Assembly: GCA_045131435.1 (NCBI GenBank)
Contig: JBGUQW010000110.1
Span: forward strand, 177-64,176
Source of the DNA: Prevotella sp.
GTDB taxonomy: Bacteria > Bacteroidota > Bacteroidia > Bacteroidales > Bacteroidaceae
DNA: 64,000 nucleotides
Direction: 5' to 3'
Each line of letters begins with the position of its first letter. The first letter of the stretch is position 1. The position numbers were made by a program, and so were the translations under genes. The notes beneath the pieces were generated by a model. It was not told where the DNA came from and did no database searches. It saw only the letters and a program-made list of their open reading frames with translations. This document shows positions 53,401 through 61,952 of this stretch, one piece after another.

Positions 53401-55209
53401 CTATCCGCGCTGAATAGAGGCCTTCTTGCGCTGGTCGTGGTCGAGAATGATTTTGCGCATACGCATCGACTTCGGTGTCACCTCAACCAGCTCGTCTTCC
53501 TTGATATACTCCAGACACTCCTCCAGCGACATCACTACCTTGGGGATGATGCGCGCCTTGTCGTCAGTACCCGATGCACGGACGTTGGTCAGCTGTTTGG
53601 CCTTGCAAACGTTAATGACGAGGTCATTGTCGTGAACGTGCTCACCAACCACCTGACCCATATAGACGTCCTCACCTGGGTCGATGAAGAACTTGCCGCG
53701 ATCCTGGAGCTTGTCGATAGCATAGGCGAAGGCATTACCTGTCTCGAGGGCTATCATCGAACCATTCACACGACGCTCAATCTCGCCCTTATACGGCTGA
53801 TACTCCTTGAAGCGGTGCGCCATGATGGCCTCGCCCTGCGAGGCTGTCAGCACATTGGTGCGCAATCCGATAATACCACGTGAAGGGATGTTGAACTCGA
53901 TATTGGTGCGTTCACCCTGTGACTCCATACTTGTCATCTCGCCCTTACGACGGGTGACCATATCAATCATCTTTGAGGCAAATTCCTCAGGGACATTAAT
54001 AGTCAGTTCCTCGATAGGCTCGCAGCGCACACCATCTATTTCCTTGTAAATTACCTGCGGCTGACCTACCTGCAACTCGTAGCCCTCACGACGCATGGTC
54101 TCGATGAGCACACTGAGGTGCAGCACACCACGACCAGAGACTATCCACCGATCGGTAGCATCCTCGAAAGGTTCTACGCGCAGGGCAAGGTTCTTCTCCA
54201 GTTCCTTCTCCAGACGATCGTTGATGTGGCGCGAAGTAACAAACTTACCTTCCTTGCCAAAGAAGGGCGAGTCGTTGATGGTAAAGAGCATCGACATGGT
54301 GGGCTCGTCGATGGCGATAGGAGGCAGGGGCTCCGGATTCTCGATGTCGCAGATGGTATCGCCAATCTCGAATTTCTCCAGACCAATCACAGCACAGATG
54401 TCGCCACAATCGACGCTGTCGGTGCGCACATGGCTCATACCGTCGAAGATGTGCAACTCCTTGATCTTCGTCTTCTCCAGCGAACCGTCACGATGGGCGA
54501 TGGTCACCTGCTGGCCGTCCTTCAAGGTTCCGCGATGTACACGGCCCACGGCAATGCGGCCAGTGTACGAGCTATAGTCGAGCGAGGTGATGAGCATCTG
54601 CGGCGTACCCTCCAACTGCTTGGGAGCAGGTATCACCTCGACAATCTTATCTAATAAATAGGTAATGTCCGTTGTGGGCTTGTTGTAGTCCTCGCCCATC
54701 CAGCCGTTCTTGGCCGAACCATACACCACGGGGAAGTCCAGCTGGTCCTCAGTGGCATTCAGCGAGAACATCAGGTCGAACACCATCTCGTACACCTCCT
54801 CAGGGCGACAGTTGGGCTTGTCGACCTTGTTGACCACCACGATGGGCTTCAGACCTATCTGCAGGGCCTTCTGCAACACGAAGCGCGTCTGGGGCATAGG
54901 GCCCTCAAAGGCGTCCACCAACAACAGACAGCCGTCGGCCATGTTCAGCACACGCTCCACCTCACCACCGAAATCCGAGTGTCCTGGGGTGTCGATGATA
55001 TTGATTTTCGTTCCTTTCCAATTGATACTCACATTCTTCGACAGAATGGTTATTCCTCGTTCACGCTCCAGGTCGTTAGCGTCCAACACCTGGCTCGACA
55101 GGTTCTGGCCCTCACGGAACAGATTGCCTGCCAGCATCATCTTGTCCACGAGCGTCGTCTTGCCGTGGTCTACATGCGCAATAATTGCAATGTTTCTGAT
55201 ATCCTGCAT
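53401..55209 (-). CDS. typA: translational GTPase TypA/BipA
   Basis: G1 AHVDHGKTT, G3 DTPGHSDF, G4 NKVD. The start is at MQDIRNIAII because the track start overlaps the -7 box at 55244-55251. Confidence 0.95.
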   Translation of the reverse strand: MQDIRNIAIIAHVDHGKTTLVDKMMLAGNLFREGQNLSSQVLDANDLERERGITILSKNVSINWKGTKINIIDTPGHSDFGGEVERVLNMADGCLLLVDAFEGPMPQTRFVLQKALQIGLKPIVVVNKVDKPNCRPEEVYEMVFDLMFSLNATEDQLDFPVVYGSAKNGWMGEDYNKPTTDITYLLDKIVEVIPAPKQLEGTPQMLITSLDYSSYTGRIAVGRVHRGTLKDGQQVTIAHRDGSLEKTKIKELHIFDGMSHVRTDSVDCGDICAVIGLEKFEIGDTICDIENPEPLPPIAIDEPTMSMLFTINDSPFFGKEGKFVTSRHINDRLEKELEKNLALRVEPFEDATDRWIVSGRGVLHLSVLIETMRREGYELQVGQPQVIYKEIDGVRCEPIEELTINVPEEFASKMIDMVTRRKGEMTSMESQGERTNIEFNIPSRGIIGLRTNVLTASQGEAIMAHRFKEYQPYKGEIERRVNGSMIALETGNAFAYAIDKLQDRGKFFIDPGEDVYMGQVVGEHVHDNDLVINVCKAKQLTNVRASGTDDKARIIPKVVMSLEECLEYIKEDELVEVTPKSMRMRKIILDHDQRKKASIQRG

Positions 55210-55243
55210 AACTAAATTACGTAATTCTTCTATTTTTCGGGTG

Positions 55244-55301
55244 CAAAGGTACAACTTTTTGGCGAAATATTTGCGAGTTTTACAAAAAATGTGTACCTTT
55301 G
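55244..55301. promoter_or_regulatory. divergent -7 boxes TACCTTTG for typA (minus strand) and rpsO (plus strand)
   Basis: CAAAGGTA at 55244-55251 and TACCTTTG at 55294-55301. Confidence 0.6.
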
Positions 55302-55389
55302 CAGCCGCATTTGACGATGTGCCCCATGGATGATGACTGTGGTAAGCATCCGAAAGATGTAATTATTAACAATTAAATCATCAAAAATT

Positions 55390-55659
55390 ATGTATTTAGA
55401 TTCAGCTAAGAAGACTGAGATCTTCGGCCAGTACGGCCAGAACGCACAGGACACCGGTTCTGTTGAGAGCCAGGTAGCCCTGTTCACCTATCGTATCCAG
55501 CACCTCACCGAGCACCTGAAGAAGAACCACAAGGACTTCGGCACCGCTCGTGCACTGACCAAGATGGTAGGTCGCCGTCGTAAGCTCCTGAAGTATCTCT
55601 ACAACAAGGACATCAATCGCTATCGTGCACTTATCAAGGCTCTCGGCCTCCGTAAGTAA
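55390..55659 (+). CDS. rpsO: 30S ribosomal protein S15
   Basis: 89 aa with the canonical S15 sequence (GSVESQVALFTYRIQHLTEHLKKNHKD...). Confidence 0.97.
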   Translation: MYLDSAKKTEIFGQYGQNAQDTGSVESQVALFTYRIQHLTEHLKKNHKDFGTARALTKMVGRRRKLLKYLYNKDINRYRALIKALGLRK

Positions 55660-55684
55660 TCCGGTACGAACGACAGAATCTACA

Positions 55685-55713
55685 AGCCTCCCTCACATCG
55701 GGAGGCTTTTTTT
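55685..55713 (+). terminator. intrinsic terminator after rpsO
   Basis: AGCCTCCC-N6-GGGAGGCT followed by T7. Confidence 0.85.
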
Positions 55714-55786
55714 GTGCCAAAGACATGGCTTTTTCGAAAGTTTTTCGTATCTTTGCATCCGATTATGTAGCAATAACCAAGGAAAT

Positions 55787-56602
55787 ATGAAGAAACCGCA
55801 ATGGCTTGAGAAAGAAAGACTCTACAGCATCATGTTCGAGTCGGAGCGCCCGGCAGGACGCATCTTCGACCTCACCCTGATAGTAGCTATCTCGCTGAGC
55901 ATCATCATCTCGTTCATCGAGACCATCCCCTCGCTGGCCCATACCTTCAAGCTGGTGCTGGAGATTCTGGAGTATCTGCTAACCTTCTTCTTCACCGTCG
56001 AATACATTGCCCGCGTCTATTGTTCACCCCGTCCACGCGACTACGTGCTCAGCTTCTTCGGCGTCATCGACCTCCTGTCGACACTGCCACCCTACCTCTC
56101 ATTCTTCCTGCCCAATGCACGCTACATGATTCTGCTGCGTTCCTTCCGCTTCATCCGTATCTTCCGCATTTTCAAGCTGTTCAGCTTCATCAACGAGGGC
56201 TACATGCTGATGCGCTCGCTCCAGAAGAGTCTCACCAAGATATCCGTCTATTTCCTGTTTGTGCTCATACTCGACGTCTGTCTGGGCACGCTGATGTTCA
56301 TGGTGGAGAGTGGCGAGCCCGATACACAGTTCACCGATTTGGCCACGTCAGTCTATTGGGCCATCGTCACCATGACCACCGTAGGCTATGGCGACATCAC
56401 CCCCGTCACTGCCATAGGACGCCTGCTCTCGGCTTTCGTCATGCTGCTGGGTTACACCATCATCGCCGTACCCACAGGCATCGTGACAGCCAACATCATC
56501 GACGAAGTCAAGGAAAAGCCCAAGGACGGCCACTGTCCCCGTTGCGATGCGATGGTGCGCGACGAAGACCGCTATTGCTCACAATGCGGTGAAAAACTGT
56601 AG
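55787..56602 (+). CDS. voltage-gated-type K+ channel with a C-terminal zinc-ribbon
   Basis: S4-like segment LRSFRFIRIFRIFK, selectivity filter TVGYGD, and C-terminal CPRCDAMV...YCSQCG. The start is at ATG 55787, downstream of the TATCTTTG box at 55748-55755. Confidence 0.85.
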   Translation: MKKPQWLEKERLYSIMFESERPAGRIFDLTLIVAISLSIIISFIETIPSLAHTFKLVLEILEYLLTFFFTVEYIARVYCSPRPRDYVLSFFGVIDLLSTLPPYLSFFLPNARYMILLRSFRFIRIFRIFKLFSFINEGYMLMRSLQKSLTKISVYFLFVLILDVCLGTLMFMVESGEPDTQFTDLATSVYWAIVTMTTVGYGDITPVTAIGRLLSAFVMLLGYTIIAVPTGIVTANIIDEVKEKPKDGHCPRCDAMVRDEDRYCSQCGEKL

Positions 56603-56661
56603 GGTTTTGAGCACAATTAAAAATATTGTCGTAATTATGCAACCAGAATCGACAAAACAAC

Positions 56662-58305
56662 ATGAAACGGATTGTATACATATTATATATAGTTGTTGTG
56701 GCGATGATAGAGAGCTGCGCAGGCTGTGGTAACACGAAGGACGGGGCGGCGGGTAATGCCTGCAATGCAGACTTCGAGCGGACCATGCGTGTGGCCGACT
56801 CGCTTTATAGTAGCATGCAGTTCCGCGATGCCTACGACATGTACCTGCAACTATTAGACAGCAAGGAGGCCGAGGCCGACGACGAGAAACGGCTGCGCGT
56901 GCTCAGCTCGCTCAGCAACGTCAGCGAGCTCTCCGGACACAAGGACATGGAGAACAAGTGACTTCAGCAGCAGATGGACCTGGCCGAGGCGACGGGCAAC
57001 GACTACTACCACGCCATGGCTCAGGTGTCGATGGGCCAGAACATCTTCTTCGAGGGCAACCGCGAGCGGGGCATCCAGTACGTCAACGAGGCCATCAGCC
57101 TTATGGCGAAGAGCGACCGCGACGATGCCGACCACCTGACCCACGGCTTCCTGAACCTGTTGGCCAGCCTGTACAGCGAGATGAAGGACTACGACAGCGC
57201 GCTGCGCACCAACGAGCGCAACCTGCAGCTCACCACTGAGGGTACGCGCTGGGGAGCGTCACAGAACCAGCAGCTCATCGACCGCCGCATGGCACTGGCC
57301 AAGACAGCCGGCCTGCTGGCCAGGATGGGGATTCACAGTTCCGGCAGTCAGCAGAGCGCCTATTTCCAGCGCGCCGACTCGGCCTACGCTGCATGGAAGG
57401 TCGTGCAGTACGAGGGCAACCACACCCGCGACTATTTCATCGTAGATTACATGAAGCGGCGCGGACTCCATCGCGAGGCCGTCACCATCTACAACGGCCT
57501 TATCGAGCGCATACGCCAGCAGGGCGACACGCTGGGCGAGATGATGAACACCGCCAAGTGGGGCTTGGCCGACGTCTATCACCAGATGGGCCGCTGCGAG
57601 CAGGCCGCCACCCTCTACGAGCAGGTGCTCGAGATTCAGGACACGCTGAAGTGCCGCAAGGCCCGTAACACGGCCCAGGAGCTGGCCGCCGTCTATCACG
57701 ACAAGGAGCAGCAGACCATCATGCAGCAGAAGGCCGAGAACACCCGCCAGCGCTACCTGCTGTTTAGCGTTCTGGCCGTTATGCTCGCCGTGACAGTCCT
57801 TGCCGCCATCGTCATCGTAAAGAACCGTGTCATCAGCCGTAAAAACCGCTTCCTAGCCCAACAGATTTCCGAAGCGGTGAACTACAAGAAGATGTACTGG
57901 GAGGAGAAGCGGGCCCAGAAGCCGGCCGTTGTCCCCGACGCAAACATCGAGACCAACGAACAGCTCTTCCAGCACATCAACGAGGTTGTTATTCGCGAAA
58001 AACTCTTCCTCGACCCCAAGTTTGGGCGTCATACCATTATGGACCGCTTCCAGTTGTCGAAGGAGCGTGTCGGTGCCATTTTCTCCAAAGGCAGTGAACA
58101 TGCCAAGCTGAACAGCTATGTTCAGCAACTGCGTCTGGACCATGCTGCCAACCTGCTCATCGAACAGCCCGACAGGAGTGTTATTGAGATAGCCTCCGAG
58201 TGCGGTTTCAGCAGCAATACCTATTTCAGCGACTGTTTCCGTCAGCACTTCGGTATGTCTCCCACCAACTTCCGAAAGGAATCTTTGGAACCAAGTGAAG
58301 TATAA
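56662..58305 (+). pseudogene. lipoprotein-anchored TPR sensor + TM + AraC-type HTH regulator, interrupted by one in-frame TGA (56959-56961)
   Basis: ORFs 56662-56961 and 56974-58305 are in the same frame, separated only by TGA CTT CAG CAG CAG. The C-terminus has the AraC HTH IEIASECGFSSNTYFSDCFRQHFGMSP. Confidence 0.7.
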
Positions 58306-58394
58306 ATATCCTCAAAATGGGCTTTTAATTTCGCCTACAGATTTCAGATTTCGTCTAAAAACCTTTAAATCTTGTCTGAAAACGAAAAAAAATA

Positions 58395-58425
58395 GTCTGT
58401 ACTATTGCGGTACAGACATTTTTTG
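58395..58425 (+). terminator. intrinsic terminator after the TPR/AraC gene
   Basis: GTCTGTAC-N7-GTACAGAC followed by ATTTTTT. Confidence 0.8.
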
Positions 58426-58433
58426 TATCTTTG
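58426..58433 (+). promoter_or_regulatory. -7 box TATCTTTG (BMP-like / C13 lipoprotein cluster)
   Basis: Consensus match directly after the upstream terminator, 56 nt before ATG 58489. Confidence 0.55.
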
Positions 58434-58488
58434 CCATCAAAGATGGCGAAAATACGACTAAAAACTAAGAACAAAATACTGACTCAAT

Positions 58489-59577
58489 ATGAAGAGAAAA
58501 AAGATATTGGCATCATTCGCCCTATTGACTTCCATCATCATATCAGCAACTTTCACCGCTTGCAGCAAGGAGGGTGACACCATTTACCAGTCGCCTCCTG
58601 AGGACCTGCCGGCACAGACGCCACTGGTCACCGTGGTCTATGATCCGGATGCCCTGGGTGATCGTTCGTACAACGACCTTGTCTATCAAGGAGTAGAACA
58701 GGCAGCCAAGGAACATGGACTGCGCACCTTGCAGCTGTCGCCATCGTCAAGACAGGAGGGCTTGGCCTATCTGGAGAACCTGTTCACGGACCTCAGCACC
58801 CGTCAGGACACGGTACGCAGGCTGGTCATTGTCACCAGTCCGGCGTATGACGAGTTCCTGCGCAAGAACAACCGCCGGCTGGAGAACAATCCCCGTGCCG
58901 ATTTGCTCTATCTGGAAACCCGTACCCCGCTTGAGGGCAAGGGTTCAACGCTGTATATTCCCTATTACGGAGCCATGTTTGAAGCGGGTGCCATTGCCGC
59001 CCACTTCTCTTCGGAGATGCTCCTTGTGGGCGCCAATCCCCAGAATGAGTCGGTGAAGGATGCCCTGCAGGGTTTCCGCGACGGTTTTGCCACCGATATC
59101 TTCCCTTACGACAGGAAGAAGACCCTCAATGTAGAATACCTGGGCAGTGCTGCCGATGAAGGCTTCAGCATTGCCGACACCACGGCCATGAAGTTTCTGA
59201 TTGATAAGGAAGACCAATACGTGCTCCCTCTGTTGGTACCCGTCTGCGGAGGAGCGGCAGGCGTGTTCCACCGCATGAACGAGATACTCCAATTTTGTTT
59301 CATCATGGGCGTGGATGTTCCCGTGGTCTCCACCTCCTGTCCCTTCTCTGCCGTCAAGCGCATGGACCGTGCCGTGGCGCAGTGCATAACGCAGTGGCTG
59401 TCGGCTGACGGCATGCCCAAGCATCAGTCGCTGGGGTTGGCTGGTGACTTTACGGGAGTAGAGATACACACAGTAAACAGTCTGATGTCCATCGCTTTCT
59501 ATGGTGAGCTGACAGACGAAATACTCAAGGCGGCACACGACGAAGCTGTCAGAAAGGAGGCGGAGTATGAGAAGTAA
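58489..59577 (+). CDS. BMP/PnrA-like (periplasmic-binding-fold) lipoprotein
   Basis: Lipobox TFTAC, and a GDRSYNDLVYQGVEQAAKEHG block resembling BMP-family binding proteins. No ABC permease or ATPase is nearby. Confidence 0.5.
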   Translation: MKRKKILASFALLTSIIISATFTACSKEGDTIYQSPPEDLPAQTPLVTVVYDPDALGDRSYNDLVYQGVEQAAKEHGLRTLQLSPSSRQEGLAYLENLFTDLSTRQDTVRRLVIVTSPAYDEFLRKNNRRLENNPRADLLYLETRTPLEGKGSTLYIPYYGAMFEAGAIAAHFSSEMLLVGANPQNESVKDALQGFRDGFATDIFPYDRKKTLNVEYLGSAADEGFSIADTTAMKFLIDKEDQYVLPLLVPVCGGAAGVFHRMNEILQFCFIMGVDVPVVSTSCPFSAVKRMDRAVAQCITQWLSADGMPKHQSLGLAGDFTGVEIHTVNSLMSIAFYGELTDEILKAAHDEAVRKEAEYEK

Positions 59578-61930
59578 GATGATTGATGTCAGATGGATGA
59601 TGTGGCTGTGCGCAGCATGCATCATGCTTTTCACGGGATGCAAGCAGGAGGACGACACTATCGTCATACAGTCACAACGCCATTGGGTGGAGAAGACCAT
59701 GGCGGTGGTTGCCCCGCTGAGCGACATGCAGCAGAAGATGCGCCTGGAGCGGACGGCACAGTGGTTCCTGGACAATTTCCACGAAGCACAGCTCTACGAC
59801 ACACTGGCCGTCAGTCTGAAACTGGAGTGGTACGACGAGCAGACCGAAGACCTGTCGGCACTCAGCCAGCGACTGGCTGGACGCGACGACATCACGGCTA
59901 TTATCGGTCCGTTTGACAATGATGCACTGGCCGCCTTTGCCCCTGGCTGCCAGCAGACGCTCAAGCCGCTCATCACCCCAACGGCCACCGCCGAGGAGAT
60001 TATCCGCCGCTTTGCCGTTACGGCCGGCAACAACGACAAGCCCTTCCTCTGGGCACTCACCGGGACCGACGTTAAGATGACCGAGGCGCTCATGAGCAGC
60101 TATGCCGCTCTGTGCCAAACGGACCCAGAGCGTCCTTCGGTCAGTGCTAATCTACTGGCCCCGGCCAACAGCTACGGACAGACTTTCAGCTATTGGGCAC
60201 CCTTCTTTGCGGAGAACTACGACATTGACCTGATTAACAACCTGCAATACAACAACGAGGCTGAGCTCTATGAATACATCCGCTCCTACATCATCAATGC
60301 CGGTTCCGATGCCGGAAACGCCGTTATTTCGGGTACCTTCACGGTGATTGAGAGCGTCAAGCAGCTTTATGACATCGCCCGGCTGCGGCGTCAGCTGATA
60401 TTCGAGCGCATGGGGTTGGCAAGGTTTTACGATACCACTTATGACGACCCTGCAATGGATCAATTCTGGCAGCTCTTCAAGAATTTCTATGGCTCGTATT
60501 TCGCCTTGAACAACCTCTGCGAAGAGAAGATAGAAGCCCTCGGAGGGCGGGCATACCCCATACTGCAGGGCTATCAGGGATTCTCACCCTACGCTGACCC
60601 CACGACGGGCTTTGAGCTGAGCTACCAGAACCGCTTCGGTGTCAGACCGCTTTTCGCTGAGTGCAAGTTCTACGATGCGCTGATGCTCAGCGCCTTTGCC
60701 GCCTGCTACATGGAGCACCGTAGTGTGGTCGGCGGTTCTCCCGCTAACATCAACGACGCCATCGTGACCATTACCAGCGTTGCCGACAACGACAGTAAAC
60801 TCAGCGGTGCTGCCTGGAACGCCACATCCATGGAGATATACCTTTCAGCCATGGAGCGCGGCAACCTGCTGCACTTCAAGGGGGCTTCCGGCGACATTGC
60901 CTTTGACCCCGAAACCTATACGGCCGCCACACACACTACCTACGTGCAGTGGGAGATTCTTGACGGTCAGATTCACCATCGCGCCTATATCGGCGATACG
61001 GGAAGCCGCCGCATAGGAGACAGTTATGCAGCCTGGCAGTATCTCTACGACCTGAACACGGCCGAGAAGGACTTTGACGAACAGACTGCCAGCGGTACTG
61101 CCATTCAGTATCCGGCGCTAACGGATCAGTATGCCGTGCTGGTCCAGGGCAGTATAGGCTTTGAAAACTATCGCCATCAGGCCGATGTGCTTTCCGTCTA
61201 TCAGCTGCTGCGTCGTGGCGGGTTTGACGATGACCACATCATCCTGATTATTGATGCTTCGACGGCCAATGACGCTAACAACCGCGAACGGGGCATTGTC
61301 CGTGCCGCACCAGGAGGTCCCGACCTGCTGGGAGGCTCTGACGGTCTCCCCGCTGCCGTCATTGACTACGACGCTGCCTTGCTCTCGGCTGCCGACATCA
61401 GCAGCATACTTCTGGGAGAGCAGAGCAACAGGCTGCCCATTGTGCTGCCCAAGGATGCCGGACAGAACGTGCTGTTCTACTGGAGCGGACACGGGCGTAC
61501 GGGAGAGTTTTCCTGGCGTGATGCTGGCAACGGTAATGGGTTTACCTCCGACATGATGCGCCAGACGGCACAGCAGATGGCTGGTGGAGGCCACTTCCGC
61601 AAGCTGTTCGTCGTAGCAGAGCCGTGCTACTCAGAGTCAGTGGTACGTCCGTTGGAGGGTATTCAGGGCGTGCTGGCTATGACGGGAGCCAGCGGTTCCG
61701 AGCAGTCGTGGGCCGACAATTGGAGCCCCACGCTGTTGGTATGGATGAGCGACCGCTTTTCGCAGAATTTCGTGAAGATACTCTCCGAGAATCCCGCCAC
61801 GAGCTACCGCGACCTCTTCCTCTACTGTGCCGAGCACACCCTCGGCTCTCATGCCAAGATAGTGAATGCCGGCAACTTTGGCAATCTCTACTCTCTCAAT
61901 CCAAGTGAATTTATAGTTACAACAAAATAA
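59567..61930 (+). CDS. lipoprotein fusing a type-I periplasmic-binding-protein-like domain to a C13 (legumain-like) cysteine peptidase domain
   Basis: Lipobox LFTGC and a LivJ/ANF-receptor-like N-terminal half (VAPLSD...AIIGPFDNDA). The C-terminal half has YAVLVQGSIGFENYRHQADV, the His block YWSGHG and the Cys block VAEPCYSES, which align with the legumain motifs. Confidence 0.75.
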   Translation: MRSKMIDVRWMMWLCAACIMLFTGCKQEDDTIVIQSQRHWVEKTMAVVAPLSDMQQKMRLERTAQWFLDNFHEAQLYDTLAVSLKLEWYDEQTEDLSALSQRLAGRDDITAIIGPFDNDALAAFAPGCQQTLKPLITPTATAEEIIRRFAVTAGNNDKPFLWALTGTDVKMTEALMSSYAALCQTDPERPSVSANLLAPANSYGQTFSYWAPFFAENYDIDLINNLQYNNEAELYEYIRSYIINAGSDAGNAVISGTFTVIESVKQLYDIARLRRQLIFERMGLARFYDTTYDDPAMDQFWQLFKNFYGSYFALNNLCEEKIEALGGRAYPILQGYQGFSPYADPTTGFELSYQNRFGVRPLFAECKFYDALMLSAFAACYMEHRSVVGGSPANINDAIVTITSVADNDSKLSGAAWNATSMEIYLSAMERGNLLHFKGASGDIAFDPETYTAATHTTYVQWEILDGQIHHRAYIGDTGSRRIGDSYAAWQYLYDLNTAEKDFDEQTASGTAIQYPALTDQYAVLVQGSIGFENYRHQADVLSVYQLLRRGGFDDDHIILIIDASTANDANNRERGIVRAAPGGPDLLGGSDGLPAAVIDYDAALLSAADISSILLGEQSNRLPIVLPKDAGQNVLFYWSGHGRTGEFSWRDAGNGNGFTSDMMRQTAQQMAGGGHFRKLFVVAEPCYSESVVRPLEGIQGVLAMTGASGSEQSWADNWSPTLLVWMSDRFSQNFVKILSENPATSYRDLFLYCAEHTLGSHAKIVNAGNFGNLYSLNPSEFIVTTK

Positions 61931-61952
61931 ATAACAAAATACCACACGAATA

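Noticed and set aside
55625-55786. The N-terminal 54 codons of the track ORF 55625-56602, which overlap rpsO.
   Set aside because: This stretch spans the rpsO terminator and the TATCTTTG -7 box. The channel protein begins at MKKPQWLEKE (55787).
56959-56961. TGA reassigned as a sense codon (alternative genetic code) or selenocysteine.
   Set aside because: TGA serves as an ordinary stop elsewhere in the window, for example in the histidine kinase at 36156 and the LRR gene at 21041. No SECIS-like context is evident, and a TPR linker is not a selenoprotein context. I treat it as a nonsense mutation or a sequencing error.
58306-58394. Short similar segments (TTCGCCTACAG / TTCGTCTAAAAAC / CTTGTCTGAAAAC) downstream of the AraC-like gene, considered as possible operator sites.
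   Set aside because: The similarity is weak, the spacing is irregular, and they lie upstream of a terminator rather than near a promoter.
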